64,000 nt of DNA from a virus: the IMG/VR virus record IMGVR_UViG_3300031452_000003, positions 866 through 64,865 of that record; one strand, 5' to 3'. The stretch's first letter is position 1. Every line of letters starts with the position of its first letter. The position numbers and the translations under genes are program-made. Under the pieces are notes generated by a model. That model did no database searches, had not been told where the DNA came from, and saw nothing but the letters and a program-made list of their open reading frames with translations. Positions 36,734 through 46,077 of this stretch are shown here, piece by piece.

Positions 36734-36977
36734 TTATCCCTGCTCTATCTTGACGATAGTGGTCCCGTAGTACAGGCTGGTCGCCAGGTCGCCGTCGTCC
36801 CACAGTACGGCGTACTCAAACGAGTAGACCTCTGCCAACAAACGAGTAGACCTCTGCCAAATCGGGCCTGGCCTCTTTGTTCACGGCGACGGCCTTGACC
36901 GTCCCTTTCCTGTCCTGCAAACGAAGCCGCACACGGTCGCCGACGTTCGCCGCCGGGCTGATGATGAAGGAGGCCAT
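36734..36977 (-). pseudogene. Small ORF frameshifted by a 22-nt tandem duplication
   Basis: TTGGCAGAGGTCTACTCGTTTG occurs twice. Removing one copy restores a 73-aa ORF ending TTIVKIEQG. Confidence 0.7.
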
Positions 36978-37035
36978 GTTCGTCTCTCCCGTGCCGGGCG
37001 CTTGCGTCATAGAGGCGGGGGGGGTACAGGGCGGG

Positions 37036-37881
37036 CTACTTGGGGGGCCTGCCGGGGCCGACGGTTGCGCCGTGGGCGGCGGCCAGCGCGTCCGGGCTTG
37101 CGACCCCGTGGTAGGCCGTGGGCTTCGCCCTGCCGTGGGCGCGGGCGCGCAGCACGGCCCCCATGCCGCCCGCTTCACCGCCCGATGAATTAAAGCTCGG
37201 CGTCAGGAATCCGTCGCGGAGTCGGACGCGGCACCGGCACCGGCTCAGGCACCGGGTCTTGCCGCCCGCCGGGAATCCGATGGCGAGGAGCTGCGTCAGC
37301 GAGTAGGGCACCGTGCGCGACGCCACCTCGCGCGCCGTGCAGTCGGCGCAGGAGGCCAGGCCGGGCGCGCGCGACCGCTCCCACAGCCACAGGGGGTCGT
37401 CCTGGTGGAGCGCGGTCCCCTTCACCCCCATCCCGTGAGAAGCCGAAGAGAGATTGGAAGCCGATTGGAGCAGCCCGAACGCGAGGCCCGCCTGGTAGGC
37501 GGCGTGGACGGACAGGGCGTACATATCCATGCGGGGGCCGACGCCCGCGCCCCCGGCCTTCGTCACCGGCCCGCCTCCCATGAGCCACGCGCGCAGGTGG
37601 GCCGCTTGGGTATCGTACAGCAGCGCGGCGCGGGCCTCCTCGGCGGGCGTGAGCAGGACGGGCAGGCCGCCCATCCCGACCCGCTTGCCCAGCAGGAAGC
37701 ACTCGCGCGTCGCGTCGCGGAGCGGCAGGGCGGCCTTGAAGAAGGCGACGTGGGGCAGGATTTCGCCCGCATCCAGGCGCTGCGCGACCGACCCCAGCGT
37801 TCGGCGCAGGCGGCTCTCGGCGCGCGTGTAGAGCGCCTTCTGCGCGGTCGTGGGGGTGAAGTTCACCGGGGGAGGGTTCAT
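37036..37881 (-). CDS. MuF-like minor head (morphogenesis) protein
   Basis: W...SCADC...P...RCLSRCRC motif pattern, downstream of the portal. Confidence 0.7.
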   Translation of the reverse strand: MNPPPVNFTPTTAQKALYTRAESRLRRTLGSVAQRLDAGEILPHVAFFKAALPLRDATRECFLLGKRVGMGGLPVLLTPAEEARAALLYDTQAAHLRAWLMGGGPVTKAGGAGVGPRMDMYALSVHAAYQAGLAFGLLQSASNLSSASHGMGVKGTALHQDDPLWLWERSRAPGLASCADCTAREVASRTVPYSLTQLLAIGFPAGGKTRCLSRCRCRVRLRDGFLTPSFNSSGGEAGGMGAVLRARAHGRAKPTAYHGVASPDALAAAHGATVGPGRPPK

Positions 37882-38438
37882 GGGTGGTTAGCGGGCGAGG
37901 CGGGCGGGATAGGAGGCGGGCGGGATAGGAGGCGGGCGGGATAGGAGGCGGGCGGGATAGGAGCCGTGCCGGCGTCCAAGGCGGCCTCGGCCTCGGCGTG
38001 ATAGGCATCCCGCGCCCGCTCCGCGCGCTGGGCGGCTTGGACGATGTGAGTCAGGCGGATGCCCGTGCGCGGCCCGCCCGCCGCCCGCACGGCGGCCTCC
38101 TGCGCGCGGTACTGGCCCGCCAGCCGGTGCATCCGGTCGGCGCAGGCGAGCAGGAACACGGCGCGGAGGTGGTTCCCGTCCCCCCGCGCCGCGCGCCCGG
38201 CGATGTCCGCCGCCCTGCCCTCGGGCGAGGCTTGAGACCCGCCTTGCGCGTCCTTACGCTCACCTGGCGAGTGAACCGAAGCAGCCGAAGGCGATGCCCC
38301 TGGCGTCGCGGTCGGGATAAGTTCAGGCGTCGAGATGAGTTCAGTCGTTGGGACGGGTTCAGTCGTTGGGACGGGTTCAGTCGTTGGGACGGGTTCAGTC
38401 GGACTTGGCGTCACAGTCTTGTGTTTCGGCGTCGTCAA
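37878..38438 (-). CDS. Hypothetical protein with PTTEPV repeats
   Basis: In-frame 18-nt repeat. Stop overlaps the MuF start. Confidence 0.5.
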   Translation of the reverse strand: MTTPKHKTVTPSPTEPVPTTEPVPTTEPVPTTELISTPELIPTATPGASPSAASVHSPGERKDAQGGSQASPEGRAADIAGRAARGDGNHLRAVFLLACADRMHRLAGQYRAQEAAVRAAGGPRTGIRLTHIVQAAQRAERARDAYHAEAEAALDAGTAPIPPASYPARLLSRPPPIPPASPANHP

Positions 38439-38853
38439 ATATGCCCTCTTTTCCGACCGGCCCGAACGGCAGAAGGGGGTTCTTCCGCGTGGGCAGCGCG
38501 TAGAGCGCCCGTCCGCCGAGGAATCCCGCCTCCGTCCTCCGCATCGTCGCCCACACGTCCATGTAAGCCGCGTCTTTGTCGCCCTGCCCCGGCGTGGCGT
38601 GGATGGCCGACTTGAAGTTCTCGTAGGTGACGGTGCCCGCGAGCGCCGACACCACCGCCCCCAGCTCCTCGGGGCCGATGACCAGCCGCGCCGGGTAGTC
38701 CCCGTCAGGGGTCATAATCACCGGCTGGGCCAGCCCAACCCGCGCCCGCAGGTTCTCCAGGTCCTTCGCCGCCCGCGAGCGCACTTGGAAGTTGCCGCTC
38801 CCGTCCTTGTCCCGCACCACGCTGTAAAACCCGTCCGTCGTCATCAGCCACAT
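38395..38853 (-). CDS. Conserved hypothetical protein
   Basis: MWLMTTDGFYSVV...VRSR...DLE...DY...YENFK...YMDVW. I recall this family also occurring N-terminal to Nudix domains; not verified. Confidence 0.65.
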   Translation of the reverse strand: MWLMTTDGFYSVVRDKDGSGNFQVRSRAAKDLENLRARVGLAQPVIMTPDGDYPARLVIGPEELGAVVSALAGTVTYENFKSAIHATPGQGDKDAAYMDVWATMRRTEAGFLGGRALYALPTRKNPLLPFGPVGKEGIFDDAETQDCDAKSD

Positions 38854-38917
38854 ATCCGTATCCCCCGCCCGTGATAGTCACGTTCACCCGTGGGCATTCC
38901 TGCCGCCGCCAGCCCGT

Positions 38918-38961
38918 TTGCTAACGTGACTATTATAGCATAACCGGGGCGCGGGTGTCAA
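38918..38961 (-). promoter_or_regulatory. Sigma70 promoter with ACGTTAGCAA box
   Basis: TTGACA-18-TATAAT with TGn extension, then 4 nt and ACGTTAGCAA. Confidence 0.8.
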
Positions 38962-39004
38962 GCGGGGCGGGTGTCAAGCCGTGAGGCGGGTCAACCGTTA
39001 TGCT

Positions 39005-39205
39005 TTATCCGTTACGGGCCAGCTCCTGGCGCGTGTCTTCGGCGTCTTCTTTTTTCAGCGCGGCCTCCTTGTCCTTCCAGGCTTCGTACTCGGCGGGCGT
39101 CAGGTGCGTCCCGTCGGGCAGCGTCACCCCGTTGTAGGCGATAACGGTCCCGTCTGGGTCACGGACGGTCATGTACTTGGCGGCGTCCGTCGTTTCCTGT
39201 GGCAT
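39005..39205 (-). CDS. Small protein directly downstream of the portal-ART fusion
   Basis: 66 aa with a GAAAGGAA RBS. Confidence 0.65.
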   Translation of the reverse strand: MPQETTDAAKYMTVRDPDGTVIAYNGVTLPDGTHLTPAEYEAWKDKEAALKKEDAEDTRQELARNG

Positions 39206-39305
39206 CTCAGTTTCCTTTCACTCCCCTACCCTGCGTCGCGTCCCACGCCCGTGATTATACCCCGCCGCGCGTCAGCCCACCCCTTTGGCCGCCCGCCGCC
39301 GACTT

Positions 39306-42300
39306 TTAGCCCGTCGCATTTTTCGAGGCGAGTTTCTTGGCGGCGAGTTTCTTGGCGAGCGCGGCGTCGTCATTCACGCCGGGCACCACGACCTCCGCCT
39401 TGATGCGCTTCGCGCCCGGCTGCCACTTCCAGCCGTCCGGGTCGCCTTCGAGTTTGTCCTGGCCCGGCTCGTGGACGGAGAGGACGCGGTATTCGTGATT
39501 GCGGGGCAAAGTCACCTCTTGCTCATCCTCGTTACTTTTCGTATACACGCCCGGCAGGACCGCCTTCGCCTCGGCGGGGACGTGGAGCTGGAGGTGGTGG
39601 TTCCCGTGCCAGGTGCCGGAGTCTGTACTGGTCGAACCGTAACCGGGGTCGATGAGCACCTTGCCTGGCTGCGCCGCCGCAATGTGCTTGGTTTCGTCGT
39701 CATAGGAAGAGGCGCTGACTTTGCGGCTGAGTATCATGTCTTTGCCGAGCGTCGTTTCGGGCCGGGCGAACAGCTTGTCCAGGTTCTTGACGTGGGCCTG
39801 CACTTCCGCGCTCGCCCCGGCGATGTTGCCGCCCCGCACGGCGGCGTTGATGTCAGAATAGCCTCCGCCCTTGAAGGCGGTGATGCCTGCCCTCTCAGGG
39901 GCGGGGAGCGGCGTCTTGTGGACGCCCTGCGCGTGGGCCTTCAGCTCGTGGTAGTCCTGCGGCTGATAGTCGCGCGGCAGCATCTCGGTTTTCTGCGCGA
40001 CGAGTTCGTCCTTCTTCGCCCCGAGGGCCGCCGTGCGCGCCGTCAGCATGGCCGCCGTGGAGGCGCGCCCGCCCGCGCTCATCTCGGGCGCGTGTTTGTC
40101 CACATACGCCTGCCAGCCGCCGTGTTTGGCTGAGAGGTCCTGGACGGCCTGAATCTGTTTCTCGACGCCGGGCAGCTCGTCCGCCGACCCGACGCCCGCC
40201 GCGTGGAACAGTTTGGCATAGTCGGGCGCGACGGCGGGGTCGGAGAGCGTATCCCACTCCGACGTCCGGTGGAGGGCGTCGGCGTTTTTCTTCTGGCCCT
40301 GGGCGCGGTAGAGCAGCGCGCCGCCTTGGTCGATGCGGTGGATGCCCTTGCCGTCCGCCCCGACCTTCATGTTGTTCAGCCCGGTTCCGGCGGCGTCGCG
40401 GTTCTGGGTCAGGACGTCGGCGACGTGCCCGCGCAGCGCCTCCTGGGCCAGCGCCGGGGTCAGCCCGTGCTGGCCGAGTTCCGCGCCGTCCACCCAGGGC
40501 GTCGCGTGGTAGTCCTTGCCGCCCTGGGAGAACAGCTTGGAGCGGGGCGCGCTGAGTCCCAGGTCGGAGTAGATGCGGTTCGCCAGCGCCTCGGTCGCGT
40601 TCTGGTCCTTGCCGCCTTTGTTTTCCTTGACGTACCACTTGCCGCCGTCTTTGGCCTGGTACAGCCCGCCGGGGTTGCTGCCCGCCCCGCTGCCGGGCGG
40701 CATCCCGAGCGGATGGTGCATGATGTCGTCGCCGGTCAGGTCCGCGTGGTGGGCCTCCTGCGCGGCGTCCTCATGCTCCTGGGGCGACAGGACGTTGTGC
40801 GGGCCGAGCGCGGCGGCGTGGGCCTGCGCCTGGGCGTCCCCGCCCTCCGCCGCCGCCTTCATGCCGGCGAGTGTGCCCATCGGGTGCTGACCGTAGGCGA
40901 GCGCCTTGTCGACGGAGTAGCCCGTGACCGCCTGATGGGGGCCGGACTGGTTGACGGCGTGGGCGGCGGCCATGACCTGCGCGAGGTCGCCCTGCGTCTT
41001 GACCGTGCCCGCCTTGGCCGCCGCCGCGAGTGCGTCCGAACCCTTGTTCGACAGCCCGTAGTCGGCCTTGGCCTTCCCGAGTTCGGCGGGCTTCACGGGC
41101 GCGGCGGCGAGGGTCGCCTTGACCGCCTGGCCGCCCTTGTGGACGGTGACGTAGGCGGGCTTGCCGTCCGAGGTCACCGGTCCGCCGGGGGCCGTGCCAG
41201 CGGCGGGGGGCGTGCCAGCGCCGGGAGGCGTCACTTCGGCGGCGGGAGGCGCAACAGGTTGGGGCGCAGCGGGCTGAGGCGGAGAGGGCGCGGAACCCGG
41301 CCCGTGCGTGAGCAGGGCGGCCTGGACGTGGGCCGGGTTGACCTTGCCCGTCCCTGCCGCCTGCTGGTTCTGAACGGCCTGGGTGACGACGGCCTCGGCC
41401 TGGGCCTTCGTCATGCCCTGGCCGAGCGCGTCCGCCATTTTCTTCTTGGCGTCCGGGTGGAGGCCCTTGCCCTTCACCGCCGCGTCCACGTCCGCCTGAG
41501 TGGCAGGTGGGTTCGCCTGAGTGGCGGGCGGCGGCTTGGCCGCCCCGTAGTCGGCGTCGTCCTTGAAGGGGTCGGGCTGCTGAGGCGCGGCGGGGAGGGC
41601 GGCCTGGTCCGTGGCCGGCGCGGGCACCTGGGGCGCGTCTACCCCTAATTCCTGCGAGGCATGGGCGTAGGCGTCCGCGAGGGAGCCGTGCACCGTCTGA
41701 TTCCAGTAGCCGTCGCCCTCTTTCGTGGCCGCGTGGAAGGTTCCGTCGGCCTTCTGGTAAACGTGAGCCATCTTGCCGTCGGTATTCTTGGTGGCGTAGT
41801 GCGGGAAGCTGTTATAAAGCGATTCCTCCCAGCCCGGCGCAACCGACTTCCCATCCCAAAGCGGGGCGGTGGGCTTGGCAGCGTCAGCCTCCCCTGCCTG
41901 TGCCTCAGCCTCAGCCTTCTGGGGCAGCGCGTGGTCGCCCAGGTGCGAGGCCATCCCCGGCTCGCCCGCCTGGAACGCGGCGAGGTCGTGGCCGTAGGGC
42001 AGGGCGGCGTTCAGGTGCTTCATCAGCAGCTTGTTGTGGCCGTCCGCGTTCTTGGCCGCCGACGCCATCGCCGCCGTCGCCGCGAGCTGGCCCTGCGTGA
42101 CACCGCCGCCCGCGACCAGGGAAGCTATCTTCTTCTTGACGTCAGGGTGGGCGTTCTGGCCCGCCAGCAGGGCGGCGGTGTGCTCGGGCGTGGCCGGCTG
42201 GTCCGCCTGCCCCCCCGACAGGGGGAACTTCTGGCCGTTAAGCGTGACGTGAGCATCCGGCGTGACGTGGCCGGGGGCGGACGGGACCGTTGCGGCTTCG

Positions 42301-44894
42301 TGAGCCGCCAGCGCCCTCTGCCCCGAGGCCGTGAGGAAGTGTTCGCTGGAATTGCCCGCCACCGGCACGATGTGGCCGGACGAGAGGCCGGACTGGATTG
42401 CGGCGTCCGGGAACTGTCCGGCCACCTTCGCCCCCAGCGCGTCCTGATTGTCTTGGAGGTGTTTCAGGACGGCGGCGTGGTCATCGTTTAGCAGCCCCGG
42501 TTTCGCCGTCCCCGCCGCCACTGGCCCCTCCGCTTCATTCCCCACGGGCGGGGCCTTCTGCGCCGCCGCCTGGCCCTGGGGCGTCAGGGAATACTGATTC
42601 GTGAATGGGAAACTGGGCTGCGGCGTTTCGGCGAGATGCCCCTCGCCCATCAGGTGCAGTGCCGCGCCCGAGATGTTGGCGCCGGGGTGGACGGTGGACT
42701 TGGCGGAGGCGGTGAGCGCGTAGTAGTCCTGTGGCCCGCCCGCGTGGAGCGCGGACAGGATGTGGGCCTTTAGCGCGTTGTGTTGGGCAAGCGCCTGCCC
42801 CCCGAGCGGCGTCACGGAATAGGCGGCGGATTGTCCCGGACCGGGCGGCGTGGCCTGTTTCGCAAGCCCCGTGTAGGCGAGGTGGGCCGTGTCGGCGGCG
42901 GCGAGGGCTTGTGTCCCGCCGTGCGCCGCCGTCAGCTCGTCCATGTCCGCCGACGGCTTCCCGGCCATCGCCCCCAGCAGGTTCGCCGATACGGGTGTGA
43001 GGTGGGGAACGACCGCACCGGCGTCGTCCAGCGCGACGACGCCCTGTGGCAGTTCAGTCAGGCTCGGGCCAGTCAGGCTCGGGCCAGGGACGGACTCGGA
43101 GAGGAGCGCCTTTGAGTCCTGCTCGAACTGCGGGTCGCGCACGGCAGGGGCCGGTGCTTGGCTCTCGGGCGCTTGACCCTCGGGTGCCGTCCGCGCCGCC
43201 TGTGCGCCCGCCTGTGGCCCGCCAGCGCCTTGGGCGGCGGCCTGTCCGCCCTGCGCCCCGCCCTGGTCAGCGCCCGGAGCCAGGCCCAGCGCCTGCGCGC
43301 CCTGCTGGTCCTGCTGGTCGGGGTCCGCGCCGGGGGCGAGGGGACGCCCGAAGGCGTCCAGCCCGTCCGTCCGCCTGACCATCTCGTACTTCAGGCCGAG
43401 GTCGTCCGCCCACCCCTGCCAGTCCGGGACCAGGATGCGGTCTTGGTTCGGCCCGACGAGGCACTGCCCACTCGTCATGGCCTGCACGGCGGCCATCGCG
43501 AACGCCTGCATGGCCTCGATGTTGGGGGCCGCATACGTGATGGCGGCGTCGGGGCACGTCCGGTCGTTGAACCGAACGAACTGTTTCACCGGCCCCTCGT
43601 TGACGTGGTACAGGAACTCGTCCAGGCGGCTCTTGACGGCGAGCGAGAACAGGTCCGTGTGCTCCTTGGCGAGTGCGTAGGAGCCGACGTCGCCCGACTG
43701 CATCAGCTTATCGGGGAAGAACAGCCCGAGCATCATCTGCCGGTGGCACAGGTCAATCACCTGCGTCATCCAATCGACGTGCGCGTCCAGCGGCAGCTCC
43801 TCGACCGAGTACAGGTCGTTGCCGTTCGGGTCGAGCTGGCGGGGGAAGACGGCGGTGGCGAACGAACGGAGCTGGCCGAGCTGGCTCATCAGGAAGTCGC
43901 CCGCGTCCTGCTGGACCGCCGCGCCCGTGGCGTCCACGCCCTGCGAGACGCGCAGCCCGGCGGGGTAGCGCCCGATGAGCGGCGGCACGGCCCCGCGCTC
44001 GACGGCGACCATCGTGGTCTCCCACAGAAACCGCGCCCACACCCAGAACGGGTACAGGCTCTTGGTGAGCGGCTGGCCGTAGGGGTTTCGGAACATCCCG
44101 CCCAGCGGGTAGTGGAACAGGCGCGACGGGGGCAGGAACGACTGGCCCCACGCCCACTGAACGGCCCCGGCGAACTGCCCCTGAGCCGACTGCCGCAGCG
44201 TCAGCGTGTCGTTCGGCAGGGGCACGAAGTCGCGGATGGCCGTGACGTAGGGGATGACCCGCTGAGGCGCGTCTGCGGGTGAGAGGCCCTGGGCGGCCAG
44301 GGCGGCGGCGGGGTCGTTGGTCGTGGGGGCCAGGTCCACGGGGACGTTGTAGCGCGTCTCCCAGACGACTTCGGCGTCGGCCCAGCCGAACGTCTGGGCG
44401 GGCATGACCGTCTCGCGCATGAGCTGGGGCAGGCGGGGGAGCAGGACGGACTCAATGAGGGCCTTCATGGACGAGTCGGGGCACGAGACGGACAGGTCGG
44501 CGGTCTGCATGACCAGCGCGTAGCCCAGCAGGCAGGAGCGGATGACCGGGTAGAGCGCCATCTCGTCGTACTCGGCGAGCGAGACGCGGTCGGGGTTGTA
44601 GACGCGCGACGCGCCGCCGCCGCTGCCGCCGCCGAAGAACGAGCCGGTCTGGGACAGGAGGCCGGTGCGCCCGACCTGGCCGAACTGGGGGAACTGCGTG
44701 AACCGGCCCGCGTCCGAGGTGGACAGGATGCTCAGGGCGTCGGCGGCCAGGACAGGGCGGGCATCCTTCGGGGCGCGGGCGTTCGTGGGGGGGCGGCCCC
44801 CGGCCATCACGGCGGCGGCGGGCACCGCGGCGGCGGTGACCGCCCGCGCGGGCGGCGGGGTGCCGGTGCCCGGTCGTGTGGTGCGCTTCGCCAT
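39306..44894 (-). CDS. Portal protein (Mu gp29/DUF935-like) fused to repeats, a HipA/PI3-4K-like kinase domain and an ADP-ribosyltransferase domain
   Basis: Portal at about aa 96-506 (FRNPYGQPL, GSYALAKEH). Kinase-like WYVK/TEALA/NRD...NN/RIDQGG. ART LSRKV/GSTS/EQE. Confidence 0.85.
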   Translation of the reverse strand: MAKRTTRPGTGTPPPARAVTAAAVPAAAVMAGGRPPTNARAPKDARPVLAADALSILSTSDAGRFTQFPQFGQVGRTGLLSQTGSFFGGGSGGGASRVYNPDRVSLAEYDEMALYPVIRSCLLGYALVMQTADLSVSCPDSSMKALIESVLLPRLPQLMRETVMPAQTFGWADAEVVWETRYNVPVDLAPTTNDPAAALAAQGLSPADAPQRVIPYVTAIRDFVPLPNDTLTLRQSAQGQFAGAVQWAWGQSFLPPSRLFHYPLGGMFRNPYGQPLTKSLYPFWVWARFLWETTMVAVERGAVPPLIGRYPAGLRVSQGVDATGAAVQQDAGDFLMSQLGQLRSFATAVFPRQLDPNGNDLYSVEELPLDAHVDWMTQVIDLCHRQMMLGLFFPDKLMQSGDVGSYALAKEHTDLFSLAVKSRLDEFLYHVNEGPVKQFVRFNDRTCPDAAITYAAPNIEAMQAFAMAAVQAMTSGQCLVGPNQDRILVPDWQGWADDLGLKYEMVRRTDGLDAFGRPLAPGADPDQQDQQGAQALGLAPGADQGGAQGGQAAAQGAGGPQAGAQAARTAPEGQAPESQAPAPAVRDPQFEQDSKALLSESVPGPSLTGPSLTELPQGVVALDDAGAVVPHLTPVSANLLGAMAGKPSADMDELTAAHGGTQALAAADTAHLAYTGLAKQATPPGPGQSAAYSVTPLGGQALAQHNALKAHILSALHAGGPQDYYALTASAKSTVHPGANISGAALHLMGEGHLAETPQPSFPFTNQYSLTPQGQAAAQKAPPVGNEAEGPVAAGTAKPGLLNDDHAAVLKHLQDNQDALGAKVAGQFPDAAIQSGLSSGHIVPVAGNSSEHFLTASGQRALAAHEAATVPSAPGHVTPDAHVTLNGQKFPLSGGQADQPATPEHTAALLAGQNAHPDVKKKIASLVAGGGVTQGQLAATAAMASAAKNADGHNKLLMKHLNAALPYGHDLAAFQAGEPGMASHLGDHALPQKAEAEAQAGEADAAKPTAPLWDGKSVAPGWEESLYNSFPHYATKNTDGKMAHVYQKADGTFHAATKEGDGYWNQTVHGSLADAYAHASQELGVDAPQVPAPATDQAALPAAPQQPDPFKDDADYGAAKPPPATQANPPATQADVDAAVKGKGLHPDAKKKMADALGQGMTKAQAEAVVTQAVQNQQAAGTGKVNPAHVQAALLTHGPGSAPSPPQPAAPQPVAPPAAEVTPPGAGTPPAAGTAPGGPVTSDGKPAYVTVHKGGQAVKATLAAAPVKPAELGKAKADYGLSNKGSDALAAAAKAGTVKTQGDLAQVMAAAHAVNQSGPHQAVTGYSVDKALAYGQHPMGTLAGMKAAAEGGDAQAQAHAAALGPHNVLSPQEHEDAAQEAHHADLTGDDIMHHPLGMPPGSGAGSNPGGLYQAKDGGKWYVKENKGGKDQNATEALANRIYSDLGLSAPRSKLFSQGGKDYHATPWVDGAELGQHGLTPALAQEALRGHVADVLTQNRDAAGTGLNNMKVGADGKGIHRIDQGGALLYRAQGQKKNADALHRTSEWDTLSDPAVAPDYAKLFHAAGVGSADELPGVEKQIQAVQDLSAKHGGWQAYVDKHAPEMSAGGRASTAAMLTARTAALGAKKDELVAQKTEMLPRDYQPQDYHELKAHAQGVHKTPLPAPERAGITAFKGGGYSDINAAVRGGNIAGASAEVQAHVKNLDKLFARPETTLGKDMILSRKVSASSYDDETKHIAAAQPGKVLIDPGYGSTSTDSGTWHGNHHLQLHVPAEAKAVLPGVYTKSNEDEQEVTLPRNHEYRVLSVHEPGQDKLEGDPDGWKWQPGAKRIKAEVVVPGVNDDAALAKKLAAKKLASKNATG

Positions 44895-45012
44895 AGGGTT
44901 TCAGTAGGGGGTCTCGGTTTACCGTCGGGCGGGATTGCCAGGACAGGTCAGCATCGTCCGAGGCAGGTCATCATTTTGCCTAGAACAGCCGTCATTTTGC
45001 CTAGAACAGCCG

Positions 45013-45402
45013 TCATTCGTCGGCGTCGGTCATCATCGTCCGGGACAGGTCGAAGGCGGGCGCGGCGCGCGGCGCGGCGGAGGACACGTGCGGGGGGTCG
45101 TCGTCCGAGGCGGCGGCGTAGTTGCGCTGCGGACGGTACTTGCCCGCGTCGGTGCCGAACATGGAGAGAACATCCGCGTCCGTCTCGGTCAGCGGGAAGG
45201 ACGGCACGGTCGGACTTGGCACGGTCCGACTCAGAGATAAGGGGAGGTCCGGGGAGAGTGGGGCGGAGGCGGTCGTCGCCGTTTCCACCTGCTGCGCCGT
45301 TTCCACCGGCTGCTGCGTCTGCGGCAGGTGCATCCGGCCCTCCGCCACCACGCGCCCGGCCTCATCCTCCACCACCGTCAGCAAGTACAGCCTAATTCGC
45401 AT
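45013..45402 (-). CDS. Hypothetical protein
   Basis: 129-aa ORF in the head operon. Confidence 0.5.
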   Translation of the reverse strand: MRIRLYLLTVVEDEAGRVVAEGRMHLPQTQQPVETAQQVETATTASAPLSPDLPLSLSRTVPSPTVPSFPLTETDADVLSMFGTDAGKYRPQRNYAAASDDDPPHVSSAAPRAAPAFDLSRTMMTDADE

Positions 45403-45439
45403 TCGTCTCCGCCCTCATCCGACGCGCACGTCTCCGCCC

Positions 45440-46000
45440 TCATCCGCCCGGCTTGGGTGGGACCGTAGCATCGGACTTGGCACGGGCGGCGGCGGTCTCG
45501 GGCGTGTCCCCCTGGGTCTGGGGCGGGGCTTGGGGCTTCGACGCGCCCGCGCCCAGGGTGCCGAGGTTGACCGGGACGCGGGCGGTCCCCGTGCGGTCCT
45601 GCGCGACCAGCTTTTCGCCGCCGTTTTCGAGGGTGTTCACGCCGACAGAGTTCGGGAAGCCCGCGATGGCGGCGTAGTCCAGGGCGTAGGTGCGGGTCAC
45701 GACGACTTGGTTGTCCTCCTGGGCGTCGTCCAGGACGGCGGCGGCGGCCCCGGCTTCGAGTCCGTCGGCGTGGCCGCCCTGGGGAGCCTTGAGACCGGAG
45801 AGGTACTCCTTGTACTTGTCGGGGCGCGGGAACCCGTACAGGGACTCGAAAACCTTGTCGGCGGAGACGCCCGGCCCGAACTGGCAGTCGCCCCAGGCGA
45901 GTCCGTCCTCCGCGTCCATGAAGATGTAGCCGCCGGGGGTCTCCAGGGCCGTCGCCGGGTCCGCCTGCCGTCCGGTGAAAGGGTTGTTGTTGCTCGCCAT
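45440..46000 (-). CDS. Hypothetical protein, first gene of the head operon
   Basis: GGAGG RBS. Follows late promoter copy 7. Confidence 0.65.
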   Translation of the reverse strand: MASNNNPFTGRQADPATALETPGGYIFMDAEDGLAWGDCQFGPGVSADKVFESLYGFPRPDKYKEYLSGLKAPQGGHADGLEAGAAAAVLDDAQEDNQVVVTRTYALDYAAIAGFPNSVGVNTLENGGEKLVAQDRTGTARVPVNLGTLGAGASKPQAPPQTQGDTPETAAARAKSDATVPPKPGG

Positions 46001-46077
46001 CGGTGCCTCCTGAGCCGCCCGTGCGTCCTGGGCCGCCGCGAAAGAGGCGTCGGCCCAGGCGCGAAAGTCGTTGGCTC

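Noticed and set aside
36682-36754. IscB/HEARO-like omegaRNA or MITE suggested by GTCAAG...CTTGAC and a resemblance to the tnpB right end
   Set aside because: The second motif is coding sequence of the restored 36734..36977 ORF (ATC GTC AAG), and the subterminal hairpin does not form. At most a degenerate IS-end scar.
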